From: Octopus bimaculoides
Lineage: Eukaryota
Length of the DNA stretch: 64,000 bases
Assembly: GCF_001194135.2 (NCBI RefSeq)
Contig: NC_068984.1
Location: forward strand, 88,213,568-88,277,567
Reading direction: 5' to 3'
This document shows positions 27,053 to 39,689 of this stretch, in pieces. Below the pieces are notes generated by a model. The model saw only the letters and a program-made list of their open reading frames with translations, had not been told where the DNA came from and searched no databases. The number at the start of each line of letters is the position of its first letter. Position 1 is the stretch's first letter. A program made the translations under genes and the position numbers.

Positions 27053-27560
27053 CATTTGACTTTTGCTTTACATTTGTACAAGTTGGCTCCAAGTCTCACC
27101 CAGAGACCTCAAGAGACAACAAGTTAGAAGTTGGTGTTATTCCTAGGGTGTCATATATTTGGTTTTGTACATAGTATTGTTCTAAAGAATGTTTAAGAAA
27201 TCATAAGAAAATTATGAGTTTGTTTTAAAATTTGAGATTACACAGACAGTATTTTACGTAGAATATGGGCAGTTCCCATGAGCACTATCTTCTGAATTTC
27301 TGCCATTTTGGGTTTCCTGGTATCTGAGCTAGGTAGCAATCAGTCCCTTTTGCTATCATTCCTAGGGCACCTATGACAACAGGTATTGTTTTAGTCTTCA
27401 GGTTCCACATTTGGCCAATTTCTATTTCAAGATCTTTATACTTGCTTAGTTTTTGGTAGATCTTGACAGATATATTTATATCGATTGGGACAGTCATATC
27501 AATGAGGAGGCATGATTTTTGTCTCACCTATTCGCATCTATCTTTCTGTCAGTTTGAATG
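27020..27560 (-). mobile_element. 3' end of an R4/Dong-like non-LTR retrotransposon (restriction-like endonuclease) with (AAT)n tail
   Basis: CLLIDMTVPID.N...KLSKYKDLEIEI..MW..KTKTIPVVIGALG is the RLE pattern. A (TAA)n tail lies at about 27020-27050. Confidence 0.8.
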
Positions 27561-29570
27561 GTGAAGTTCTAGAGGACTGAGATATAATTTTCAAGCACTG
27601 GAGGTGATTTGTGTTCCCACCAGTTTTTATCATGGGGCAGGTCCAGGCTTTTGCTTTTGTAAATTATTATTATTATTTGTTTTTTTAAATTCCCTTTAAA
27701 CTCCCTTCAAAATTATATCATAACTTCTTAATGTTTACATGTCTCCTTGCCTAGACATTACTTTTTGTTGTTACATTTGATTATTTATTGCTTTGTGCTA
27801 ATTTTCATTTTTTATTTTTTTCCCACCATTGATGATTTAAAAGAGCTGTGAACTCAATAAAAATTTTCATTATTCATGTTGTTGTAATCATTGTTGTTGT
27901 TGCTGTTGATGCTTCTACTGTTGCTCGACTGGTAGAGGATAGTGAGTGCCTGACGACATAACCGATTATAGCAGTGACTCCATCTAAGAATATCTGAAGA
28001 AGGAATTGTATTCCGAAATATCATTGGACTACGGATAACTAAATTACAACAGGTATATAATCCATTTTTTGTATTATAGTGCATTGTTGTACCATTCAAA
28101 ACTTTTTATTCTTTACAAACAGTACACAATGCTTCAAGCAAACTACAATACTCTCCTTTCTTCTTATATTTCACTTCCACTAGATATATCTTTTTCCAAA
28201 CCTTAATAGCGTTCCGTTCATCATCATACACATCCATCACATTCTTTTAAAATGCCTTATTGATGAGTTTGGTTTCTTTCTTTCTTTCCCCGATAAGAAA
28301 ATTGCATTGTTTTATACTATTTTATTCCTTTGGAATAATAGCAATGTTGTCTTCGAAACATATGTCGGAAGTAAAAGAATTTGAATAACACCTGCGTTTA
28401 ACTCCATTTATATATGTGTGTGTAGTATATATATATATATATATATATGTAACGGTTAGATTTTAATTAGTGTATTTACCAATTGTAACTGGTAAGATTG
28501 ATTAGGCACACAATAATATGATATGTCGGAGTCAGCAATTGTGACGATAAAAATTTGTTGTTGCTATAACAGCATGTTGTAGGATGGAGTTTTAAGAAAG
28601 TATTTATTTACCGTTACGTTGAAAAATACCATACCTCGACGGGCAGGTTATAACATCCGAGAGCATGCGATAGAATGATGTTGTAAGAGAACAGAATTAG
28701 AGCTAGTGAAAGTTGTAGGGTTGTGGGACGTTGTCTCACAGTTGCTGACAGTAAACTTCATTTCTCCCTCTGACCAAGGTTCCAGCTAGTCAGCCAGACT
28801 TCGTTCTCATTGAATCGTCACCATGTGACTAACTTTTTGCTTGGGGTTTATGCTTTTATAACTATCCAGAAAGATAGACATATCATTGAGAACANNNNNN
28901 NNNNNNNNNNNNNNNNNNNNNNNNNNNNNNNNNNNNNNNNNNNNNNNNNNNNNNNNNNNNNNNNNNNNNNNNNNNNNNNNNNNNNNNNNNNNNNNNNNNN
29001 NNNNNNNNNNNNNNNNNNNNNNNNNNNNNNNNNNNNNNNNNNNNNNNNNNNNNNNNNNNNNNNNNNNNNNNNNNNNNNNNNNNNNNNNNNNNNNNNNNNN
29101 NNNNNNNNNNNNNNNNNNNNNNNNNNNNNNNNNNNNNNNNNNNNNNNNNNNNNNNNNNNNNNNNNNNNNNNNNNNNNNNNNNNNNNNNNNNNNNNNNNNN
29201 NNNNNNNNNNNNNNNNNNNNNNNNNNNNNNNNNNNNNNNNNNNNNNNNNNNNNNNNNNNNNNNNNNNNNNTATATATATATATATATATTGATAGTAATG
29301 GTAAGGCAACAAAAGAATGAAAGACGCCTCGATATTATGTATATAGAGGAATTTATTTGTAAATATAATATGTGACAATTATTCGGTAGCCATGATAAAA
29401 CTCCGAATTTCGGATGTCGGGGCAGAAACCTGCACCGGCATCTCTTCAGTTATCAGGCCATCAAAAAATGCTATGAAAATGACCGTTAAACAAAGGGAAA
29501 TTACTATGTGATTGACCGTTATTAAGACAAAAGAGCTATTAGAATGACCGCTAAGGGGTGGGAGTAAAAG

Positions 29571-29850
29571 GTAAAGGAGTAAAAATGCTTATAGCAATCG
29601 CGTAGGCGCGCATGTCCATACATACACTTGCGCGCCCGCACACCCACGTACTTGTGCCTATATGCATATGCTTATCCACACACTTGAAGGCAAAATACAG
29701 AAAAATGTGTAAAAAATAAAGCAATAAGAATATAAAAAGTAAAGGAGTAAAAATGCTCATAGCAATCGCGTATGCGCGCATGACCAAACATACACTTGCG
29801 CGCACGCACACCCACATACATGTGCCTATATGCATATGCTCATCCACACT
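29571..29850. repeat. CpG-rich ~115-bp direct repeat (2 copies)
   Basis: GTAAAGGAGTAAAAATGCTYATAGCAATCGCGTA...GCATATGCTYATCCACAC at about 29571-29686 and 29739-29850. Confidence 0.85.
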
Positions 29851-29983
29851 CGCTTGAAACACACACATGCGCACCCACACGTACACCAATGTATATATAT
29901 ATATATATATATTGATAAAAAAAAAAGGTAAGACAACAAAAGAAGGAAAGAGACCTTGATATTATGTAAATAGAGGAATTTAT

Positions 29984-30091
29984 CTGTAAATAATATGTGA
30001 TAATTATTCGGTAGCCATGATAAAACTCCGAGACATCCAAAACTCGGAGTTTTATCATGGCTACCGAATAATTGTCACATATTATTTACAG
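29984..30091. repeat. Near-perfect 49-bp inverted repeat with 10-nt loop
   Basis: 29984-30032 is the reverse complement of 30043-30091 with one T:G mismatch. The left arm is also repeated at about 29355-29407. Confidence 0.9.
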
Positions 30092-30298
30092 GTATATATA
30101 TATATATATATATCTTCGACATCTTATAAAACTATAAGAGAAAAATTGCCATGTAGTGCAAGGCATTTTAAAAAATCACTTGATAAAAGGCTGTTTGAAG
30201 GGCCTTTAAAAAAAATTTCGCCACTAAAGACGCCCGGAACTTTCGGGCTTCTAGAAGATCAAGGTGAGTAACCTCCTCATTTTCTTTCTTCGACTAGC

Positions 30299-33200
30299 AT
30301 GGCTGTGCTGAGAATAGGGTGTGTGAATGGGCGTGGTCTGGGATCAGCTTGGAAGCAAGGTCATTTGCTCAATGACCCCCCGCCCCAGGTCGCGTAATCT
30401 GGATGTGGCTGCTATTAGTAAAAGTAGAATCACCAGAAAATACGCTCTAGCATCCATTTTCGAGGACTACGGGGTATTCTCATCTTGTGCTCTATTGGAA
30501 TCGGGTGGAGGTGTAGCAGTGCTACTCCGGAAATCCTTAAATCTCCAAGTACGGGCTATCTTCCTGGACCCAGATGGTAGGTTGTGGTCCAGGACGTGAA
30601 TGGCAGCGAAGGTGGCGCCTTTAGATTGGTGGTCCCAACAGGGAGGAAGGCCAGACTTCTTTAGGCGTCTACAAATATTCTAGTGGGAGACTGGAATAGT
30701 ATTTTGGACGCACAAAAGGACTGTGAGTTTAGTACATAGTAGAAAGGAGGTGTAAAAGCCTCGAAAAATCTGCTCAGGGCTTTCCAGCTTTCTGACAAGT
30801 ACCGACTAGGTTTCTCAGATGTACCAGTGTAGACATGGAGCAACCACAGCGGGTCATCCAGATCGTATTTAGATAGAGTATTTGTTAGGTTAGAGGATAG
30901 GGATAACATAGGCTGTTCACAATTTAAAATCGTCGCCTACAGGGATCACAATTTTGTGATATGCTCAGTCGACTTAAATTGGATCCGTAGACAGGGACCC
31001 AGTAACTACAAGTTCAATGCGTCCTTAACAGCTCGCAAAATCTACAGGAACCGGATTAGTGAAATAGTTAAGCGGCAATTGACGGGGACTATCGTCAACA
31101 ACCAGAGGTGGATCGCTCTGACTGAGCGGTCGCGGTAGAATCGATTGTGTTTAGCAAGAACGAAATAGATTAGAGGGAGAACTAGTTAGCAAACTAGAGG
31201 AGGCGATTACTAAAGGCATCGCGACCGACGTGAATGGCCCTTGACTATTTCTTTGAGGCGAAACACGAAGGGTGCGTTGTCAGAGCTAAGGCCTGTGCGC
31301 TAAAACATGAAGGAACTAAAGACTTTTGATGGGCCCGGACGGTAGAGACGCCACGTGGAAACAAAACCACGTTCAAATCTTTGACGGATCAGAACGGACG
31401 CGTGCTATTCGGTTCTGAGCAGATGTGTGCAGCTTCCCAGCAGCACTTTGCGCGGCTGTTTTGGGGAGGGTGATGGGTCGACGACGGTAGCAGACATTAC
31501 TTCAAACCTAGACTGCCTACCACGGTTCTCGGTAACGGACGCGAGATTGTGCGAAAAGCCGATTACAGCCACTGAAATATGGGAGGTGATGAGTGATTGC
31601 ACAAGTCGCAAATCGTCCAGTTTGAACAGTCTGCCCTACGAATTCTATGTATTCATGCCAGATTTGTTTGGCAGCTTCTTGGCAGATGTCTACAGAACGG
31701 AAGAATTCCCAGTGCTGTTAGCTGGGGTATTGTAAAACTGCTGAGAAAAGACGTCGACAATGGGGACATGCTAGGGAATTTTTGACCCATAACTCTGCTA
31801 AACACAGAGTTTAAGACTTTGGCCAAGGTGTTAGCGAAAAGGTTGGTGCTTGTCGTTGGGGAAGCACAAACGTGTGCGAACCCGAGCAGGTCTATCCACA
31901 ACCTCCACCTTATGCGATGCATTGAAGAGAGGGCTGGGACTAAAGCTGGCTTTGATGGGGCTCTGATCGATTTAGATCAGTCGAAAGCTTTCAATAGGGT
32001 CGACCATCACTTCTTGGAATCCGTCATTAAAGTGGCTGGTTTCGGACCTGCTTTTAGAGGGTGGATTGCTGCAATGGACAGCTGCACCTGCTCAGTGTTC
32101 AAAGTAAATGGCCATCTATCGGAACCATCTAGTATCGCACGTTCAGTCCGTCAGGGCTGCCCTCTGTCACTTCGCCTGTATGTGCTGGAAGTTGAACTCG
32201 GTAGGTCAGTGTCTGCATACACGGACGACGTCACCGTCATGGTGTCGGACGCCTCGGAAGTGGAGACGGTTGGCTTCATTCTAGAAGAATATGAGTCGGT
32301 TGCAAGGATAAAATCAATGCCGACAAGTCGGTGGGATTGCGACTGGGCGCCTGGAGAGGCAGATCGATGCCGTAATGTTCGATGATCAAAGTAAATGGCC
32401 ATCTATCGGAACCGTTTAGTATTGTACATTCGCTCCGTCAGGGCTGCCCACTGTCACCTCTCCCGTATTTGCTGGCTCGTGAGCCATTGTTGCGGAAGTT
32501 GGAACAGTTAAGAGGCCATACACGGACGACCTCACCGTCATGGTGTCGGAATCCTCGGAAGTGGAGACGGTTGGCTCCATTCCAGAAGAATATGAGTCGG
32601 TTGCAGGGGCCAAAATCAACGCCGACAAGTCGGTTGGATTGCGACTGGAGATGCTGATCGATATCGTCGGACGCTGGACCGACAAATCAGTTAAACTGCT
32701 CGGGTCTAGTTTGATCCCAACCTCCAGGTGAATAAGAATTGGGAAGAGGGGACGAACAGTGTGGCCAGTCTTATCCAGAAATAGGCTGAGAGGAAGCTGT
32801 ACTAGAAAGGTCAGGCAGAGTTGGCGAATGCCTACATCGCCTCCGTTGTCATTTATCGTCTTAACGTCGTACCTTGCCCCAGTTATTGGAGCATCTTTTC
32901 TTCATATCCTTGTGGAAAGGACGCGTTCCAATGGTCAGATGATCAATCTGCTGTCAGCTCCCTCTGTGTGACGGCTTAGGCATGCTATGGCTTTTGATGC
33001 ACAGACATGTGCTCAGGTTGCGCCACCTGCAACGATGTCTAGAAGGTGAACGTTTGCGAATTACGTATTTCCGCAACTCGTCTCTGTCCTGAGATCAGTC
33101 TTGGGTGAAGGATAAACCAAGACTGGGCGTCTGGCACTTAGAATGTCATCAAGCGCTCACTGTCCTCTACCAGTCGAGCAATAGGATCGATGGATGTTCC

Positions 33201-33470
33201 CCTTTAGCTATTTATAGAGGATTAGTGGCGGGAAGGTGCGACGACGTCCTACGGGAGATTGTTGATGAAGATGAACTGACTACTCTGTTCCGGAGGACTT
33301 TCCGGTCAGGGACTGTTATGGATAATTTCCAGATGTTTTTGGCCCGGTGCGGGGTCGCTACCAACTCGAGATAAACTCTACAGGCACGGAAGTGCTATCA
33401 GACGGGCTTGTCCGAAATGCTCGCAGAGCGACGAAACTGTTCTGCATGCACTCGTTCAGTGTCTGGGCAG
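30299..33470 (+). mobile_element. Degenerate Tx1-clade (L1 group) non-LTR retrotransposon ORF2 (APE-RT-CCHC)
   Basis: ATG at 30299 gives MAVLRIGCVNGRGL (APE start). RT motifs PITLLNTEFKTLAKVLAKRL, DLDQSKAFNRVDH, SVRQGCPLS and AYTDD. C-terminal CPKC...ETVLHALVQC near 33410-33460. Multiple frameshifts. Confidence 0.9.
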
Positions 33471-33507
33471 CGAAATTTTTTTCCCACCAGAGTTCCGGGC
33501 CCCAGCA

Positions 33508-33976
33508 ATGAACTCATTTGCTTACAGCCAATTGGAGCTCACCTTGACTTTGTTGTCAAGTTAACAAACACTCTACCAAGTAAACTCAAGACGAAGAACG
33601 GTTTTGTAAGTCAACCGATCGGCAAGTTATGCCTGATTTTAGTAAACAAGTAATTAGAAGATTTGCATCTATATCTATTATCGGGTTTTGTTATGGCCTC
33701 ATATGGTAAAGATGTGGATGGGGAAAATGTGGGTAGAAGATGATGTGCTAGCAACCATCTCCTTTTACTGTTTTAGAAAGTAAACAACAACATAAATAAC
33801 GACGCAGAGGCAGCCATGGTCGAAACAAGGACAAGAACAACAAGCATTATTAAAAGAGAAAAGAAGCATGGTCATTCCTTACCTAAGAGACCTTACCTTA
33901 TCGCCCATCACTTGTTATGCGCTCATCAATTAGTTTGATAGTTGAGCTCTGATTGGCTGTATGCAAATAAGTTCAT
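33508..33976. mobile_element. Element bounded by ~33-bp imperfect inverted repeats containing octamer and CCAAT motifs
   Basis: 33508-33540 (ATGAACTCATTTGCTTACAGCCAATTGGAGCTC) is approximately the reverse complement of 33944-33976 (GAGCTCTGATTGGCTGTATGCAAATAAGTTCAT). The right end runs into a gap. Confidence 0.55.
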
Positions 33977-34587
33977 ANNNNNNNNNNNNNNNNNNNNNNN
34001 NNNNNNNNNNNNNNNNNNNNNNNNNNNNNNNNNNNNNNNNNNNNNNNNNNNNNNNNNNNNNNNNNNNNNNNNNNNNNCAACCGAGGCTGGTGTGTTTACG
34101 TCCCCGTAACATAGCGGTTCGGCAAAAAGAGGCCGATAGAATAAGTACTAGGCCTACAAAGAATAAGCCCTGGGGTCGATTTGCTCGACTAAAAGGCGGT
34201 GCCCCAGCATGGCCGCAGTCAAATGACTGAAACAAGTAAAAGAGTAAAGAGTAAGAGAGAGAGAGTATATCACATAATATGTGGTCGTTATTTCCAATCG
34301 AGACGTTACGACCGAATCTAATTCTTCAAACGCTTTAATTCTGTATATATTCATATAATTACTTGATTGCTGACATCTATAAATGGTTTCTCTTATTATC
34401 ATAATGCCATTTTCTTTCATTAATAACTCTGTCGGCATTTTTGAAGAGACAGGTATGCTAGTTATTCGATAATTACGCAATAATATGTCATAATTAGAAA
34501 TATGTCATAAGAAATTGGAATGTAGCTTTTCACCATTTAACGTCACAAAACAGGCTAGAAGTTTCGTTAAATTTCTCAAGAATAATC

Positions 34588-35394
34588 ATGTCGTGGAAAG
34601 ATGTTCTGCATAATTTAACAGGGTTTTATGAACGAGAACAGCGGCAGAAAAAAGTAAGGAATTATTTGGAAAACCAATCATTTACTGCACAAGATCGTGA
34701 GGCAGTGATCGACTGGATGATAGCTTGTGTAGATCATTACGTAGTTTCTTTCGAAGTCTTTTATCTTGCAGTTTCTTATTTTGATATATACCTGTCTGGA
34801 AGAGACATAGAACCAATTACTTCCTCTAAGCTGCAATGTCTCGGAGCCTCATGTCTTTGGATTTCTTTTACTCGGTTAGGTCAAAACCAGGATAAACTGG
34901 CAAATTTTCTGGATATGGTATCAGTCACAGACCGGCACTCTAGTGAAAAGGACCTTTATGACATGTTTAGTCATATTATGACTCGATTCCACTACAAAAC
35001 GCATTTAATAACACCGTACAATTTTCTAACGAGCTTCTTTTTTATTCTCCATTTGGAACGTAAACACAATCTGAGATGGATGTCACGTTATATACTGGAG
35101 CTAGCGCATTACGATGCGGATATTTGTGTAAAAAATAGGTATAGACCGAGTCTAATAGCAACAGCTGCTCTTTACACAGGATTAGTAGCTTTGAGGGTCA
35201 CTGTTGATTGGATTTCTGACTTGTCTATTTTAACACCGTATACTGGAAAGGAATATGAATTTAGAATTGTTCATCGTCGGATGTTGAAATTATTAAAAGT
35301 CGCTTCTCCATCCAAATATAGGTCAGCATACACGAGATACAGCAGAAAAGAATATAATCACGTTGCTTTGGTTGATTTTTCATTTATTTATTAA
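34588..35394 (+). CDS. Intronless, divergent A/B-type cyclin-like protein (268 aa; cyclin N + C folds only)
   Basis: Cyclin-box pattern NYL..Q...DREAVIDWM (MRAIL helix), FYLAVSYFDIYL, KLQCLG, VTD, TPYNFL, YILEL, RPSLIATAAL, and a C-terminal AYTRYS...VAL. The ORF is uninterrupted, with an in-frame stop at 34495 and ATTAAA at 35434-35439. Confidence 0.85.
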   Translation: MSWKDVLHNLTGFYEREQRQKKVRNYLENQSFTAQDREAVIDWMIACVDHYVVSFEVFYLAVSYFDIYLSGRDIEPITSSKLQCLGASCLWISFTRLGQNQDKLANFLDMVSVTDRHSSEKDLYDMFSHIMTRFHYKTHLITPYNFLTSFFFILHLERKHNLRWMSRYILELAHYDADICVKNRYRPSLIATAALYTGLVALRVTVDWISDLSILTPYTGKEYEFRIVHRRMLKLLKVASPSKYRSAYTRYSRKEYNHVALVDFSFIY

Positions 35395-37079
35395 AAGTTT
35401 TCGCGTTATTTCTGTAGCTCGTATTCTAGAAATATTAAATACATAAATTGTATTACATTTTATTTATCTTATGATTTAAAACTGTTCTGACTCTCTACTT
35501 TTGGAAGTTGACACGAGTACGGCAGTGGCGTCCAGAAACTAGCTTCACAATCATGATATCTCAAGTTCAATCCTTTCTTCGTATCAAGTGCTTTTTACTA
35601 GTGCTTCAATTCGATCCGACCTTCACAGAAAAATGGGGCCGGCGAAAACTATATGGAAGTTCATTGGATACAGTGAAACCGAAAGGTGAAGCCTTGTCAC
35701 ACACTGAATCATAATTCTATCAGAATTATATTAAGAATACTTGTCTTTGGACTACTCGGCTACTTACAGAACGTTAATTATGTGACTCGATTATGTGACT
35801 CGATAGAAACTATATTGCAGGTTACTAGGAAGAGGGAAAAGCTCAAGGTGATATACTGGTGCTGTATGATTGCCTCCTTGATTTTTCGTATGCAGAAAGT
35901 GACAGAATGATAATAAGAAAGATTACTGTTACTATAAATTGTTTCTGTTAAGATAAAAATCTGGGCAAGACTTCCTTTTGTACGACCCCCCCCCCAAACA
36001 CCCCTTTTTTAAAAATTTAATTTATTTTCTACACAAACCCCTGTTTTCGGCTACGGAGAATACAAATCTGCAAAAAAAAAAATTGGCATAAATCGGCATT
36101 TTGAAATTACCCTCACCCCTAAATTCTTCATTTTTCACTTTTTCAGAAATTTTTTTTTTTTCAAAATATGCGGAAAAATATGGAGATTATGNNNNNNNNN
36201 NNNNNNNNNNNNNNNNNNNNNNNNNNNNNNNNNNNNNNNNNNNNNNNNNNNNNNNNNNNNNNNNNNNNNNNNNNNNNNNNNNNNNNNNNNNNNNNNNNNN
36301 NNNNNNNNNNNNNNNNNNNNNNNNNNNNNNNNNNNNNNNNNNNNNNNNNNNNNNNNNNNNNNNNNNNNNNNNNNNNNNNNNNNNNNNNNNNNNNNNNNNN
36401 NNNNNNNNNNNNNNNNNNNNNNNNNNNNNNNNNNNNNNNNNNNNNNNNNNNNNNNNNNNNAATGTCAAAATTCCGATTTTTGGCAATTTTCCGGAATTTC
36501 TGTATCCCAAAAAAAATTTTCGCAAAAATATTTTAAGAAAAACAATAATTTGCGAGAAAATGGAGGGGGAAGAAGTCTTTCCAAAATCTGTTAGAGAGCG
36601 CGGGAGAAGTAGCGAGACAGTTAAACAGAGAACAATTGTAGAGTTCATAAAAATAGAAGTGAGTATAGCTTTAGTTAAGCTGTACTTAAAATAACAAATG
36701 ATAGTGGTTTTTTGAACTTATTTATATTGCGTGTCAAACAATTATGAACATGAGAAAGGGTGACCCACCATTAAATCCTAAGGGTGTGCTATCTACTTCA
36801 CTGGAAGTGTCTCTTCAGCCAATTAGATCAATAACTAGTCCTTGTCCACAGTTCGTCTCTTATGAGTTCACGGGTAATGGTCTACATAGCTCCCCCTCAG
36901 AACTGTTGACTGTCATTAGAACCGATAAGGCGTTTGTACCACCCGATCCATGTATGTACTTACTTGACTCTTTGACGAATGTTTGTCATCCGGAGTCAAC
37001 GTGACTTGCTCAGGACAGCCTCCGTTTGGTGGTTGAGCTATTAGAACGGGGCTGTCAATGTTGAGATAGGCTGGTTTCA

Positions 37080-37850
37080 ACCTATGTATGGAAACCGTGT
37101 CCTGTCGTCCTCCAATCAGGGGTTGTATGACTTGTCTCCTGGATGAATCACTTCGTATGGTCCATCATAGGGTAAGTGTAGGGGTTTTCGAGATGCATCG
37201 CAACGAATGATAACAAACTTCACCTTGTGGAGGCCATTGGGTACAGAGGACTTAGGTGCACCATATGTTGACATAGGGGTTGAGTGTAACTGGTCCATGT
37301 TGTCTCTCAGTTGTTCAAGATACCTTTTGGCATCCAGGTCTTTGTGTTCAAAATTAATTACCCCAGCCCTGTAAGTGGTATACTGTACATTATTTCTGTG
37401 CAAGAAGTGTTGAGGTCTTCCTTTAAGACAGTGCAGATTCCTGGCATGATCCTTGGAAGTTGATCCAATTTGGCCAGTTACGTTTTGTTAAGAGGGATTC
37501 CTTCAAGCGACAGTGAAATCTCTCCACTAAGCCATTGGCTGTTGTGTATTTCATATCATTCCACAGCTTTTGGGGTGACTTGAGGTCAGCAGTCAGATGA
37601 GATGCTGTCTGTGATGAAGCTACAGGTGATTTCCTCTTTCTATACTGCAGTGAGGTATGGCCTCAGGCTAATGAGTGAAGTGGTTCACTACAGTTAGTAG
37701 GTATGAGCAATTAAATGAAGTTGGTAGGGGGATTACAAGGTCAATGTTGACATGGCCAAAATGGGCCTGTGGGGGTTCATGGCTGCCAAGAGGTGTTTGG
37801 TGTGCTGATGGATTTTGGCTTGTTGGCAGCAGATACAGATTTTGGTCCAC
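37080..37850 (-). mobile_element. Ty3/Gypsy integrase remnant
   Basis: HQTPLGSHEPPQAHFGHVNIDLV.PLP....YLLTVV..FT (integrase core start) and R..LHLPYDGPYEV (GPY/F motif). Frameshifted. Confidence 0.85.
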
Positions 37851-38953
37851 TCCCCAGTTTGTTTGGCCATACCGTACCAGACAATTTTTTTTTCTACTCT
37901 AGGCACAAGGCCCGAAATTTGGGGGGAGGGGACCAGCCAATTAGATCGACCCCAGTACGTAACCGGTATTTAATTTATTGACCCTGAAAGGATGAAAGGC
38001 AAAGTTGACCTCAGTGGAATTTGAACTCAGAACATAAAGACAGACCGTAATACTGCTAAGCATTTTGCCCGGTGTGCTTACATTTCTGCCAGCTCACCGC
38101 CTTTGTACCAGACAATTTTGCATGACAGCAGGTGCTGTGTGACTCTGGTACAAGGGTGGGAGAATTCGTGAATGACATCAAAAACTTTTTGGTGCCGGAG
38201 AGAGAGAAAGAGAGAGATACATATGTACATACATACATTAGAGAAGCAGACGAACAGACAGATACTGCAACCACAGTCACATGTAGAGAAAATTAATAAG
38301 TAAATACACTATAAAGAAGTATAAAATACAAAGTAAAAATCATAAAATAATAATTATAAGATGGCTACATGTGTTTCATAACCAAATTTTCAAATAGAAA
38401 GTAAAATCAAATCAATTAAATCGATCGAAAATCAATTCTATTCAAAAATATAGCTAATCTTCAGGTCAAAATACAACAATAATAAAATGAATGTATATAT
38501 CAGCCAACAATAAATAACAAATGAATATATATAAAAGTACTTATTATATCAAGATAGAAAGATGTTAAACAATATTATTAAAAAGAAATGTAATAATAAT
38601 CTTATTGAAAAATATAAACGTGACATTATTAACTTTACGTTAATATAAATATATATATATATATATATATTATATACTGTGAAACTTAATTTAATTTTAA
38701 TTTTTGATAAATTGAATTTAATTGAGTTTTTACCTGTAAATTTGTATTTTTGTCCCTAATATTATATATATCTATATATATATATCATCATCATCATCAT
38801 CATCGTTTAACATCCGTTTTCCATGCTGGCATGGGTTGGACGGTTTGACTGAGGTCTGGAAAGTCAGTGGCTGCACCAAACCCCAATATGATCTGGCAAT
38901 GTTTCTACAGCTGGATGCCCTTCCTAACACCAACCACTCCAAAAATGTAGTGG

Positions 38954-39560
38954 GTGATTTTTACAAGCCACCAGCACAGAAGCCAGTCAAGCGGCCCTGG
39001 CATCAATCACGTTCGGATAGGGCTTTTCATGTGCTACCAGCACAGGAGCCAGTCAGGGGGCATTGACATCAACCACATTCAAATGGCACTTTTTATGTGC
39101 TACCAGCACAGGATACAGTCAGGTGGCCCTGGCATCGATCATCATCATCATCGTTTAACGTCCGCTTTCCATGCTGGCATAGGTTGGACAATTTGACTGA
39201 GGACTGGTGGACCAGGTGGCTACACCAGGCTCCAATCTGATTTGGCAGAGTTTCTACAGCTGGATGCCCTTCCTAACATAGTGGGTGCTTTTATGTGCCA
39301 CCGACACGAGGGCCAGTCAGGCGGTACTGGCAACGGCCACGCTCGAAATGGTGTAGTTTATGTGCCACCTGCACAGGAGCCAGTCTAGCGGCACTGGCAA
39401 CGATCTCACTCAAATGTCTTTTCACGTGCCAGGAATGCGACATTGGTAACGATCATGCTGGTGCTATTTACGTGCCACTGGCACAGCTGCCAGACAGCTG
39501 CTCTGGCAACGATCACACTCAGACGGTGCTCTTAGTGCTCCACTGGTACAGGTGCCATTA
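38954..39560 (+). repeat. SINE/LINE-tail repeats with ~64-bp tandem subunits (CCAGCACAGGAGCCAGTC...TTTATGTGC)
   Basis: Units repeat at about 38970-39135 and 39290-39560. The same family occurs at 50580-50960 (reverse) and 63775-64000. Confidence 0.75.
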
Positions 39561-39689
39561 TGATTTCATTTTCGCTTGCCCCAACAGGTCTTCGCAAGCC
39601 GAGTTTAGTGTTCCTACAAATTTAGTTCGATTTCGATTTCACTTGCCTCAACAGGTCTTCGCAAGCAGAGTTTAGTGTCCAATGAAGGA

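Noticed and set aside
28448-28880. Possible solo or partial LTR starting TGTAAC
   Set aside because: There is no partner LTR, TSD or clear PBS/PPT, and it is truncated by a gap.
23431-36694. Long ORFs spanning N runs in the ORF track
   Set aside because: Their length is an artefact of assembly gaps.
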